DNA of 64,000 nt, taken from Alphaproteobacteria bacterium. GTDB lineage: Bacteria > Pseudomonadota > Alphaproteobacteria > UBA828. The stretch is taken from the NCBI GenBank assembly GCA_965214705.1, contig OZ243972.1, positions 1,152,001-1,216,000 of the forward strand, given 5' to 3'. A program made the translations under genes and the position numbers. Shown here one piece after another: positions 26,998-35,720 of this stretch (its first letter is position 1; every line of letters starts with the position of its first letter). Below the pieces are notes generated by a model. The model had not been told where the DNA came from, did no database searches, and worked only from the letters and a program-made list of their open reading frames with translations.

Positions 26998-28092
26998 ATG
27001 GCCATCGACGTTGCAAAGGTCGAGATCAAGTCGGTCTCGGACGCCTCCGGCCTGGACGAGCTGATCGCGTCGGGCCGCATGGCGGCGGATGAGGTCGTGG
27101 CCGTGATCGGCAAGACGGAGGGCAACGGCGGGGTCAACGACTTCACCCGCATCCTGTCGGACACCGCCTTCCGCGGCGTCCTCCTCAGGCACGGCACGCG
27201 CGGCGAAGAGGAGGTCGGCGACATCCCCATGGTCTGGTCGGGCGGCTGCGACGGCGTGCTCACTCCCCATGCGACCGTCTTCGCCAGCAACGACGAGATG
27301 GGGCCGGCAGACGCGCTGCGCCTCGCCATGGGCACCGCCATGAGCGCGCCGATCCTGCCCGAGGACATCGGCCGGCCTGCGATGGTGGAGAAGATCGCGG
27401 ACGGCGTGCGCGCGGCGATGGCCGACGCCGGGATCGGCGACCCTGCGGATGTCCACTACGTCCAGACCAAGACACCGCTGCTCACCATCGACACGGTGCG
27501 GGAGGCGCACGGGCGCGGCGAGACCGTGGCCTGCGAGGTCCACGAATCGATGGGAGTCTCCAACGGCACCACCGGGCTCGGCATCGCCGTCGCGCTCGGC
27601 GAGGTGAGCATGCCCAAGGCTGACGAAATCTGCCGCAATCTCGATCTCTACTCCTCGGTCGCCTCGTGCTCGTCGGGCGTCGAGCTCGACCGCGGCCAGA
27701 TCGTCCTCTTCGGCAACGCGCCGGGGGCCGGCGGGCGCTTCCGCATTGGCCACGGCGTGATGCAGGACGCGCTTGACATCGACGGCATCTACGACGGCAT
27801 CCGCAATGCCGGCCTCGACCTGCCGGAGCGCCCACGCGCCGCCGATCTCGGCGGCAAGCTGGTGAACTGCTTCATCAAGTGCGAGGCCGACCGCACCGCG
27901 CGCCTGCGCGGGCGCCGCCAGATCATGCTGGACGATTCCGACGTTCACCATCACCGCCATTCCAAGGGCGCGGTGGGCGGCGTCGCGGCGGCGGCGATTG
28001 GCGATCCCGCCGTGTTCGTCTCGGTCGATGCGATGCACCAGGGGCCGCAGGGTGGCGGCCCGGTGGTGGCGATCGTGGACGTGGGACCCTAA
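26998..28092 (+). CDS. Ring-opening cyclic amide hydrolase (AtzD/barbiturase family), barbiturase-like
   Basis: [54 protein letters not shown]. Confidence 0.9.
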   Translation: MAIDVAKVEIKSVSDASGLDELIASGRMAADEVVAVIGKTEGNGGVNDFTRILSDTAFRGVLLRHGTRGEEEVGDIPMVWSGGCDGVLTPHATVFASNDEMGPADALRLAMGTAMSAPILPEDIGRPAMVEKIADGVRAAMADAGIGDPADVHYVQTKTPLLTIDTVREAHGRGETVACEVHESMGVSNGTTGLGIAVALGEVSMPKADEICRNLDLYSSVASCSSGVELDRGQIVLFGNAPGAGGRFRIGHGVMQDALDIDGIYDGIRNAGLDLPERPRAADLGGKLVNCFIKCEADRTARLRGRRQIMLDDSDVHHHRHSKGAVGGVAAAAIGDPAVFVSVDAMHQGPQGGGPVVAIVDVGP

Positions 28093-28098
28093 GGGTGC

Positions 28099-28830
28099 TC
28101 AGTCCGCGTCGGCCTCGACCGGCGGCGCCCAGTGACGGAGGGCGGCCGATTCGATGGTGCCGTCGGGCATCACGGTGCCGTCCAGATTGGCCTGGCCGAA
28201 GAAGGCGTCCGCCACCTCGGCCCCACGAAAGTCGGCGCGGATCAGGTCGGCCTCGCGAAAGTTCGCCTCGCGCAGATTGGCGCCGGCCAGGTCCGCCGTG
28301 GCGAGCCGCGCGCGCTTGAAGCTCGCGCCCGAAAAATTCGCTTCGCGCAGGTTGGCGCCGATCAGCACCGCCTCCTCCAGCTTGGCGAGGCGCCCGTCGG
28401 CGCGGCCGAGATTGGCGTCCTCCAGGTCGGCGAGGCGGAGGTCGGCGCAGTAGAGCTCGGCACGGCTGAAGTCGGCGCCCTGGCACTTGGCGCCCGCGAG
28501 CTCGGCCTGCGCGAGATTGCACTCGGAGAGAACGGCCCCACCAAGGTCGGCGACCTTAAGATCGGCGCTCCAGAGGTCGGCGCCCGCGAGCCGCGCGCCG
28601 CGCAGGACAGCACCCTTGAACGTCGCGAGGCGCAGGTTTGCTCCGGTGAGATCGGCGTCGGTGAGGTCGGCGTTCCACAAGTCGACCTCGCGCAGGATGC
28701 TGCCGGCGAAGCTTGCCCCGCGCAGGTCGGCCTGGCGGAAGTGAAAGCCCTGCAGGTCGAAGCGCGTGAGATCGGCACCGGCGAGCTTGCCGGCACGAAT
28801 CTGGTCCCCGTTCGGCCGCCAGCCCGTCAT
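28099..28830 (-). CDS. Pentapeptide repeat protein
   Basis: About 40 A(D/N)LXX repeats ending ANLDGTVMPDG. Confidence 0.93.
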   Translation of the reverse strand: MTGWRPNGDQIRAGKLAGADLTRFDLQGFHFRQADLRGASFAGSILREVDLWNADLTDADLTGANLRLATFKGAVLRGARLAGADLWSADLKVADLGGAVLSECNLAQAELAGAKCQGADFSRAELYCADLRLADLEDANLGRADGRLAKLEEAVLIGANLREANFSGASFKRARLATADLAGANLREANFREADLIRADFRGAEVADAFFGQANLDGTVMPDGTIESAALRHWAPPVEADAD

Positions 28831-29570
28831 TCCACCCCACCCGCCGTTTCGATACGGATCGGTGTTCCCACGCGGAGCCCGAGCAGACGGTCCGCCCGGC
28901 CCCGGTTGACCGCGATCTCGGCAAGCCCGTTGGCGTTCTCGTACCAGAAGGCCGCACCCGGCTCCGCGTCGGAGAACGTGCGCAGCCGCGCGAACCGCCG
29001 GGTACCGGCGGCAAGCGTCGCGTCCCCCGGAAGGCGGGCCGCGCGCAGCCCCGTCATCGCGTTGCCGTAAGGGTCGATGTAGACGATCGCGGCGCGATCG
29101 GCAGGCCAGTCGGCGCCGACCGTCGCCGCGCCGTCGAGCGGCGTGCCGGGCTCCGCCTCGCCGCGGGCGATCCGCGCCGCCACCGGCGCGAAGAGGTCGC
29201 GGCCGTGGAAGGAGGCGGAGAGGGCCGGCGGCTGCCAGGTGATCGTGAACCAGCGCGCATCGCGGGCGTGGTGGCCAACGATGGCGAGCAGGCCGTTGTC
29301 GGGGCCCACGTACCAGCGCTCATCGGCGTTGAGCGCGACCGGTGCCCGGTCGCTGCCGACGCCCGGATCGACCACGCAGACGAAGACCGCACCCGACGGA
29401 AACGCCGGCGCGAACGCCGCGAGCAGATAGGCCGCAGGTTCCGGATCGCAGGCCGGAAGGTCGTCCGCGAGGTCGATTACGGGAATTCCCGGCGCCTCGC
29501 GCGCGAGCACGGCCTTCATCTGGCCCGTGTAGGGCCCGCCCGGCCCGAAGTCGGTGAAGAGGACGATCAC
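28827..29570 (-). CDS. SAM hydroxide adenosyltransferase / chlorinase-fluorinase family (DUF62)
   Basis: VLFTDFG, VVDPGVGSDR, VGPDNG, SASFHGRDLFAP, IDPYGN, LAEIAVNRG; GTG start overlaps the SDR stop. Confidence 0.9.
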   Translation of the reverse strand: MIVLFTDFGPGGPYTGQMKAVLAREAPGIPVIDLADDLPACDPEPAAYLLAAFAPAFPSGAVFVCVVDPGVGSDRAPVALNADERWYVGPDNGLLAIVGHHARDARWFTITWQPPALSASFHGRDLFAPVAARIARGEAEPGTPLDGAATVGADWPADRAAIVYIDPYGNAMTGLRAARLPGDATLAAGTRRFARLRTFSDAEPGAAFWYENANGLAEIAVNRGRADRLLGLRVGTPIRIETAGGVE

Positions 29571-30382
29571 GCGCCGCCTTTGACGGTCGGCGGATCGTCG
29601 AGATTGTCCATGCCCATGTATGTGTCGAAGGCGCCGTCGACGCCGAGCAGCTGGCCCGAGATGTGGCGGCCGGAGTCGGAGCAGAGGTAGAGCGCGAGGT
29701 CGGCGATTTCCTGCTCGGCGATGCCGGTGCGCATGGCGATGTTGCCGAGGATCGCCGCCTCCATCTCCTCCACCGTGCGTCCCGCCGCTTCGGCTTTGGC
29801 GCGGATCACGCGTCTGCCCCGCTCGTTGAGGATGTAGCCTGGCAGGATGGCGTTGACGCTGATGTTGGCGGGGCCGAGTTCGATCGCCAGCGTCTTGGTC
29901 AGGCCGGTGATCGCGAACTTGGAAGTAGCGTAGGGAAGCCTGAGCGGGAAGCCGAGCCTGCCGGCGGTGGACGAGATATTGACGATGGCACCCCGGCCGG
30001 CTTGGCGCATGAGCCGGACCGCGCGGCGGGCACAATAGAACTGGCCGGAGATGTTGACCGCGATCGTGCGGTCCCAGTCCTCGGGCTCGATCTGCTCCAC
30101 CCTAGCGGTCGGGCCGGAGATTCCCGCGTTGTTGACCAGGACATCGACGCCGCCCATGGCTTCCGCTGCGACTTCGAACAACCGGTCGACCTGAGCCGGG
30201 TTCCCGACGTCGGCCTCGATCGCACCGATCCCTTTGCCCCGCACGTCTTCGACTAGGCCGGGCTGGACGTCGCAGGTGAAGACCGCTGCGCCGTTGGCCG
30301 CCAGTGTCTCCGCGATGACGCGCCCGATGCCCGAGCCGCCGGCGGTCACAACCGCGCGGCGCCCCTTACACGATATCTCCAT
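29567..30382 (-). CDS. SDR family oxidoreductase
   Basis: VTAGGSGIG, LVNNAG, ISS, YATSK, VNAILPG. Confidence 0.92.
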   Translation of the reverse strand: MEISCKGRRAVVTAGGSGIGRVIAETLAANGAAVFTCDVQPGLVEDVRGKGIGAIEADVGNPAQVDRLFEVAAEAMGGVDVLVNNAGISGPTARVEQIEPEDWDRTIAVNISGQFYCARRAVRLMRQAGRGAIVNISSTAGRLGFPLRLPYATSKFAITGLTKTLAIELGPANISVNAILPGYILNERGRRVIRAKAEAAGRTVEEMEAAILGNIAMRTGIAEQEIADLALYLCSDSGRHISGQLLGVDGAFDTYMGMDNLDDPPTVKGGA

Positions 30383-30515
30383 GATCCGCTCCTGCTGCCG
30401 AAGAGGGCGCAAGAGTAGCGGGCCGGGCTCGGCTTGCCGAGAGTGGCGAACACACACCCGCGGATGCGGTGCTGGGCCATTTCGGCTGCAGGGCGTGCTG
30501 CATAGAATGCGCGCC

Positions 30516-31640
30516 ATGGAACGCTATGATTTCCTGGTCGTCGGTGCCGGCATGGCCGGGGCTTCGGCAGCCTACTGGCTTGCTGAGCGGGGCCGCGTCG
30601 TCGTGCTCGAACAGGAGGACGCGGCCGGCTATCACTCCACCGGGCGCTCCGCCGCCATGTACATGGAAACCTACGGCGGCCCGCTGACGCGGGGGCTGAC
30701 CACCGTAGGCCGGGCCTTCCTCGCCGACCCGCCGTCGGGCTTCGCGGACTCGCCGCTGCTCAGCCCGCAGCAGGTGCTCTACATTGGCCGCGCCGATCAA
30801 CTTGAGGCCCTCGACCGGCTCTACGACGAGAACAGCCCGCGCGTGCCGAGCCTCGCCCGCCTCGACGCCGCCGAGGCCCTTGGGCAGCCCGTGCCGCTGC
30901 GCGAGGACTATGTCGCCGGCGGGGTACTGGAGCCGGAGTCGCTGGAGATCGACGTCGCCACCCTGCATCAGGGCTATCTGCGTGGCCTGCGAGCCCGAGG
31001 CGGCAGGCTGTTGACGGAGGCGCGAGTGAGCGCGCTCGCCCGCAACGCCGACCTCTGGCACGCGGAGACGCCGGTGGGCGCATTTGCCGCGCCGGTCGTG
31101 ATCAATGCCGCCGGTGCCTGGTGCGACGCCGTTGCCGCGCTTGCCGGTGTCGCGCCGATCGGCCTTGAGCCGAAGCGCCGGACTGCGTTCATCTTCGACG
31201 GGCCGGCGGATGGCGGTGTCGACCAATGGCCGATGGTGCACGACATCGACGATGCCTTTTATCTCAAGCCCGACGCCGGCCGGCTTTTGGCGTCGCCGGC
31301 CGACGAGACGCCCTCGGATCCCTGCGACGCGTATCCAGAAGAACTCGACATCGCCGTCGGCGCCGACCGCATCATGCAGGCCATGACCCTGGAGATCCGC
31401 CACATCCGAAACAAGTGGGCGGGCCTCAGAAGCTTCGTGCGCGATCGCCAGCCGATTGCGGGCTTCGACGTTGCTGCCGAGGGCTTCTTCTGGCTGGCAG
31501 GGCAGGGTGGCGCCGGCATCATGACCGCGCCGGCGCTCGGTGCCATAACGGCGGCAGTTGCTGCTGGAGACCCCGTGCCGGAGGACGCCGCCGCGCGCGG
31601 CGTCACCGCTGCGCAGCTCGGCCCCGGCCGCCTACTCTGA
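30516..31640 (+). CDS. FAD-dependent D-amino-acid oxidase-family oxidoreductase (DauA-like)
   Basis: VVGAGMAGAS, YHSTGRSAA, INAAGAW, WAGLRSF, GQGGAGIMTAPA. Confidence 0.85.
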   Translation: MERYDFLVVGAGMAGASAAYWLAERGRVVVLEQEDAAGYHSTGRSAAMYMETYGGPLTRGLTTVGRAFLADPPSGFADSPLLSPQQVLYIGRADQLEALDRLYDENSPRVPSLARLDAAEALGQPVPLREDYVAGGVLEPESLEIDVATLHQGYLRGLRARGGRLLTEARVSALARNADLWHAETPVGAFAAPVVINAAGAWCDAVAALAGVAPIGLEPKRRTAFIFDGPADGGVDQWPMVHDIDDAFYLKPDAGRLLASPADETPSDPCDAYPEELDIAVGADRIMQAMTLEIRHIRNKWAGLRSFVRDRQPIAGFDVAAEGFFWLAGQGGAGIMTAPALGAITAAVAAGDPVPEDAAARGVTAAQLGPGRLL

Positions 31641-31641
31641 A

Positions 31642-32022
31642 CTACACGACCGGCTCGGCAATCACGCGAATCTCTTCGCCCCGGACGGCATTGTAGAAGC
31701 AGGCCGGGCGATTGGTGTGACAGGCTGGGCCGGTCTGGTCGACCAGGAGAAGCAGCGCGTCGCTGTCGCAGTCGAAACGCAGCTCGACCAGCCGCTGGAT
31801 GTGCCCCGAGCTCTCGCCCTTGCGCCAGAGTTGCTGGCGCGAGCGCGACCAGTAGCAGACGCGGCCGGTCTCCAGCGTCTCACGCACCGCGTCCGCGTTC
31901 ATCCAGGCGAGCATCAGCACCGCGCGGGTCTCGTGCGATTGCGCGATCGCCGGGATAAGGCCCGCGTCGTCGAAACGCAGCCGCTCGATCACCTCTTGGG
32001 CCAGATCGGCGCTCGCCGTCAT
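31642..32022 (-). CDS. hisI: Phosphoribosyl-AMP cyclohydrolase
   Basis: GLIPAIAQ, YWSRSRQQLWRKGESSG, DCDSD, ACHT...CF. Confidence 0.96.
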   Translation of the reverse strand: MTASADLAQEVIERLRFDDAGLIPAIAQSHETRAVLMLAWMNADAVRETLETGRVCYWSRSRQQLWRKGESSGHIQRLVELRFDCDSDALLLLVDQTGPACHTNRPACFYNAVRGEEIRVIAEPVV

Positions 32023-32051
32023 CTGCGTTCCCCGTGCTTGAGTGCGCGAAG

Positions 32052-32885
32052 CTAGTGCTCCGCCCGCGCCGAATCAACGACCCGTCCGAAGAAGACCGAG
32101 GCCAGCGCCGCGCCGCCGTGGCAGAGCGTGAAGAGTGCGAGCGCTGCGACCACGATCGACGGGCCGGACGGCGTATCCCAGGCGAGCGAGCCGTGCAGTC
32201 CCCCGGCCACCGCCACTGCCCCGATCGCACTTGCGAGCAGCGCCATCTGTTCGGGTGAGCGGGCTAGTCTGCGCGCCGTCGCCGCCGGGATGATCAGCAG
32301 CGACACGATCAGGATCAGCCCGATGATTTTCATGGCGATGGCGACCGCGAGGGCGATCAGGAGGGTGAAGACGATGCGGACGAGACCGGCCCGCACGCCT
32401 TCGGCACGCGCGAGCTCTTCGTGGACCGTGACGGCCAGCAGGGGCCGCCAGATCAGCGCCGTCGTCACGAGCACTGCGCCGCCGCCGCCGTAGATCCAGA
32501 TCAGGTCGCGGCCGGTGATGGCCAGGATGTCACCAAACAGGTAAGTCATCAGGTCCACGCGCACGCTCTGGAGGAAGCTGATTCCGACGAGACCGAGAGC
32601 CAGCGTGCCGTGCGCGAGGATGCCGAGGAGCGTGTCTGTGGCCAGTCGACGCTGCTGCTGGAGCAGGAGCAGCAGCAGGGCCAGCGCGACACACATGAGG
32701 ATGATGCCGCCGTTGAGGTCGATGCCGAGGACGACGCCGAGCAGAACACCGAGCAGCGCGCTGTGCGCGATCGAATCGCCGAAATAGGCCATGCGCCGCC
32801 ACACCATAAAGCAGCCGAGGGGCCCGGTGGCGAGCGCCACGCCGATGCCGCCCGCGAGCGCGCGCGCAAAGAAGTCGTCGAACAT
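32052..32885 (-). CDS. znuB: Zinc ABC transporter permease
   Basis: GPLGCFMVWRRMAYFGDSIAHSALLG, YLFGDIL, DTPSGPSIV. Confidence 0.93.
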   Translation of the reverse strand: MFDDFFARALAGGIGVALATGPLGCFMVWRRMAYFGDSIAHSALLGVLLGVVLGIDLNGGIILMCVALALLLLLLQQQRRLATDTLLGILAHGTLALGLVGISFLQSVRVDLMTYLFGDILAITGRDLIWIYGGGGAVLVTTALIWRPLLAVTVHEELARAEGVRAGLVRIVFTLLIALAVAIAMKIIGLILIVSLLIIPAATARRLARSPEQMALLASAIGAVAVAGGLHGSLAWDTPSGPSIVVAALALFTLCHGGAALASVFFGRVVDSARAEH

Positions 32886-32894
32886 TGCGCGCGG

Positions 32895-33740
32895 TTAGTC
32901 GGCCCGGTCGGGCTCGAGACCGGCGTCGGGTGGGCCGTCCTCGACCGGTGCCACCGCGATGGGGTGGTCGTGGCGGTGGGCGGGGTCGTGGGTGTAGACC
33001 GCGAGCGCGGCGGCTGCACCGGGCCCGAACAGCGAGATGTACTCGGGGTGCCGGCTCACCGCCTCCGGCTCGCCGGCGCAACAGACATGCCCGTTGATGC
33101 ACACCACGCGGTCGGTCGCGCCCAACACCAGGTGGAGGTCATGGGAGATGACCAGCACGCCGCAGCCGCGCCGATTCCGCAGGCGGGCGATCAATTGGTG
33201 CATGGCAAACTGGCCCGCGAAATCGACCTGCTGGATCGGCTCGTCCAGCACCAGCAGGTCGGGGTTACGAAGCAGCGCGCGGGCGAGCAGGACACGCCTG
33301 AACTCGCCGCCGGAAACGTTGCTGAGCTGACGGTCGATCAGGGGCGCCGCCCCCACCTCGTCCAACACCGCGGCGATATCGGCGCGGGCGCGCCGCCCCG
33401 CCATCGCGAGGAAGCGGCGGGCGGTGAGTGGCAGGAGCTCCTGCGGCTCGATCCGCTGAGGGACGTAGCCCACCACGACGCCGGGCGCGTGATGAACGAC
33501 GCCCGCATCCGGCTTGATGAGGCCGAGCAGGGCGCGCACGGCCGTGGTCTTGCCGGCCCCGTTCGGCCCGATCAGGCTCACTACCTCGCGGCGGCGAACC
33601 TCGATCGAGACCCGATCCAGCACCGTGCGGCCGCCGTAGCGCACGACCAGGTCGCGAGCCGAGGCGAGCGGCGCTCCCTCAACGACGTCCTGCGGCGGGC
33701 GGGTCAGGGGGTCGGTGGAAGCGTCGCGCAGCGCGGACAT
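32895..33740 (-). CDS. znuC: Zinc ABC transporter ATPase
   Basis: GPNGAGKT, GYVPQ, SGGEFRR, LVLDEP, ISHDL, His-rich C-terminus. Confidence 0.93.
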   Translation of the reverse strand: MSALRDASTDPLTRPPQDVVEGAPLASARDLVVRYGGRTVLDRVSIEVRRREVVSLIGPNGAGKTTAVRALLGLIKPDAGVVHHAPGVVVGYVPQRIEPQELLPLTARRFLAMAGRRARADIAAVLDEVGAAPLIDRQLSNVSGGEFRRVLLARALLRNPDLLVLDEPIQQVDFAGQFAMHQLIARLRNRRGCGVLVISHDLHLVLGATDRVVCINGHVCCAGEPEAVSRHPEYISLFGPGAAAALAVYTHDPAHRHDHPIAVAPVEDGPPDAGLEPDRAD

Positions 33741-34210
33741 CTGCCGTGAAGCTCGATAATCGAGCGTGAGAGCGCAAAGCCGGAGTCTGCCGCCCGGTCG
33801 GCGACGGCACGGTCGATACTCGCCGCATTCAGCTCCGATACGTCACCGCAGCCTCCGCATATGAGGAATTGCGCGCTGTGGCGGTGGTCGGGCTGCGGGC
33901 AGCCGACGAAGGCGTTGAGGCTGTCAATTCGATGGACCAGACCCTGGGCCATCAGGAACTCGAGGGCGCGGTACACCGTGGGCGGCTTCGCCGCGCCCAC
34001 CGCATCGCCGAGCGCCGCGAGCAGATCATAGGCCTTGACCGCCCGATGGCTGCTCCAGACCAGCTCCAGCACCCTGCGCCGCAACGGGGTGAGACGAACG
34101 CCGCGCTCTCGGCACACGTCATCGGCGCGGGCGAGCGCGTCCTCGATACAGGACTGGTGCTCGTGCCCGCCTTCGTGGAAGGCCGGCTTGTCGCCCCGCG
34201 TGGTGTTCAT
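33704..34210 (-). CDS. zur: Zinc uptake regulator (Fur family)
   Basis: HEHQSCI, LTPLRRRVL, KAYDLL, PPTVYRALEFL, CGGC..CPRC; upstream of znuCB. Confidence 0.93.
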   Translation of the reverse strand: MNTTRGDKPAFHEGGHEHQSCIEDALARADDVCRERGVRLTPLRRRVLELVWSSHRAVKAYDLLAALGDAVGAAKPPTVYRALEFLMAQGLVHRIDSLNAFVGCPQPDHRHSAQFLICGGCGDVSELNAASIDRAVADRAADSGFALSRSIIELHGRCPRCATLPPTP

Positions 34211-34260
34211 TCCTATCTCGATCGCGCCGCCCGCGGCCGTGACGCGCGGGGCCGGCAGGA

Positions 34261-34275
34261 CGTTACACTATAGCA
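34261..34275 (-). promoter_or_regulatory. Putative Zur box
   Basis: Minus strand TGCTATA-G-TGTAACG vs consensus TGTTATA-N-TATAACA (3 mismatches), about 50 bp upstream of zur. Confidence 0.6.
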
Positions 34276-34320
34276 GAGCCGTCGTGGATTGTTCAGCGAC
34301 CAAGGGCGTTGCGGACGCCG

Positions 34321-35259
34321 TCAGCGCGCCCAGATCGAAACGGTGCTGAGATAAGTGCGATTGTCGCGGTCGAGCGGATAAAAGATCGTGCTGTCGCGCC
34401 CGAACCAGCGCTCATAGATCTCGTCGTAGCGGCTGTTCGCGTCCTTGACGCCGGAGAACATGTCGATGATGACCCGGTTGACCGTGTCGCGCCACGGGCT
34501 GTCGTCCTGCGGCAGAACGCAGGCCAGCGTTTCCATGGCAAGCGCAAAGGTGCGCGGCAGCAGGACCACGCTGCGACGCGGTTCCTGCTTGGCTGCTAGC
34601 CCCAGCAGAGTGATGCCGATATTGGCGACTCCGCTCACCTCGCCTGCCGCAAGCGCGGTCATGGCGTCCTTCATGGTGGGGAAGAGACGCAGGTTGGCCG
34701 TGGGTAGCTGATCCTGGACGATCGTTACCGTGGTGGTGCCCTCGACCACTCCGATATCGAGCATTCCAAGGTCCACGCCACCCATGGTCTTTTCCCGATA
34801 AATCAGAATGCGCGTGCCGTCGCGGAAGAACGGCACGGAAAAGTCGACCAGCGCTTCCCGATCCCAGGTAGGCGTCGTGATGCCGCACACGATGTCGAGC
34901 TCGCCAGCCGCGACCCGCTCGAGCCGGTCAGCGGGCGTTACCTCGTGCAGTTCCAACGCAACGCTCCGCCCCACCTTCTTCTCTGCGGCGGCGCGAATGG
35001 CCTCCAGCAAGTCGACTGAGAAGCCCTCGAAACTGCCTGTTTCCAGCTTCCGGGCGAAGGGCGGTGCGCTCGCCCTGGTACCGGCGCGAATGACGCCCTC
35101 GGCTTCGATCTTGGCAAGGACGCCATCGGCGGCGGCGTGCGCCGGCGGTGCGAGTTGCGGCACGGCCAACGTCAGGAGAGCAAGCACAAGGCCAACGTAT
35201 CGAACGGGCGACCAAGGGCGAGGCCGAGCGAGATATCGACGTTCACCGAAGCCGGTCAT
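34321..35259 (-). CDS. Amino-acid ABC-type periplasmic substrate-binding protein (GltI-like, SBP family 3)
   Basis: Signal peptide, GTRASAPPF, GFSVDL, VTPADR, CGITTPTWDR..VDFS, GTTT, IYERWF; start uncertain. Confidence 0.85.
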   Translation of the reverse strand: MTGFGERRYLARPRPWSPVRYVGLVLALLTLAVPQLAPPAHAAADGVLAKIEAEGVIRAGTRASAPPFARKLETGSFEGFSVDLLEAIRAAAEKKVGRSVALELHEVTPADRLERVAAGELDIVCGITTPTWDREALVDFSVPFFRDGTRILIYREKTMGGVDLGMLDIGVVEGTTTVTIVQDQLPTANLRLFPTMKDAMTALAAGEVSGVANIGITLLGLAAKQEPRRSVVLLPRTFALAMETLACVLPQDDSPWRDTVNRVIIDMFSGVKDANSRYDEIYERWFGRDSTIFYPLDRDNRTYLSTVSIWAR

Positions 35260-35720
35260 CACTACCCCCGAAGGTCTGTTGCCGCTCGCGAAGATTCTTG
35301 GTGCACACACTGGTACCGCGTGCAGGGCGAGCACTGGTAGAGCGACAGCAGAAACTGACTCCTCGCTACTACTACGATACTCTATTTCGCGATTTAGCCA
35401 TATCGGATAGGCTTTCGACTCGTTGCGGCAAGGGGCACCGTGGCAATGGCCTGGAAGGCCATCGGCATGATCCGCCGATCTTTCCTTGGCCACGTCAAAT
35501 CGAGTTGGCACGATGATTCACGCGACGATCATCGACATCCGACGCGCTGCGGCCAAGGCTTCTCGCCGGGCCTCCATGGTGAATACGGCTTCGGCGCGGA
35601 CAAGGTGATGCGATCGCGCGCTCGAGTCTCGCGCTCTGACAGGGAGGTTGCCGAGGACGGCGGCCACTCCAACGACATTCCCATTCCCGAATCGGCAAAT
35701 TTTCACCTGCGGGTTGGCGC

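Noticed and set aside
28099-28830. 15-bp periodic DNA repeats
   Set aside because: Fully explained by pentapeptide-repeat coding.
28827-29570. Fluorinase/chlorinase (halogenase) assignment
   Set aside because: The Asp-Arg-His triad and short length fit the SAM-hydrolysing DUF62 branch; no halometabolite cluster nearby.
35505-35520. Sigma54-like TTGGCACGATGATTCA upstream of the SBP-permease gene
   Set aside because: The -24 element is good but the essential -12 GC is absent (TTCA instead of TTGC).
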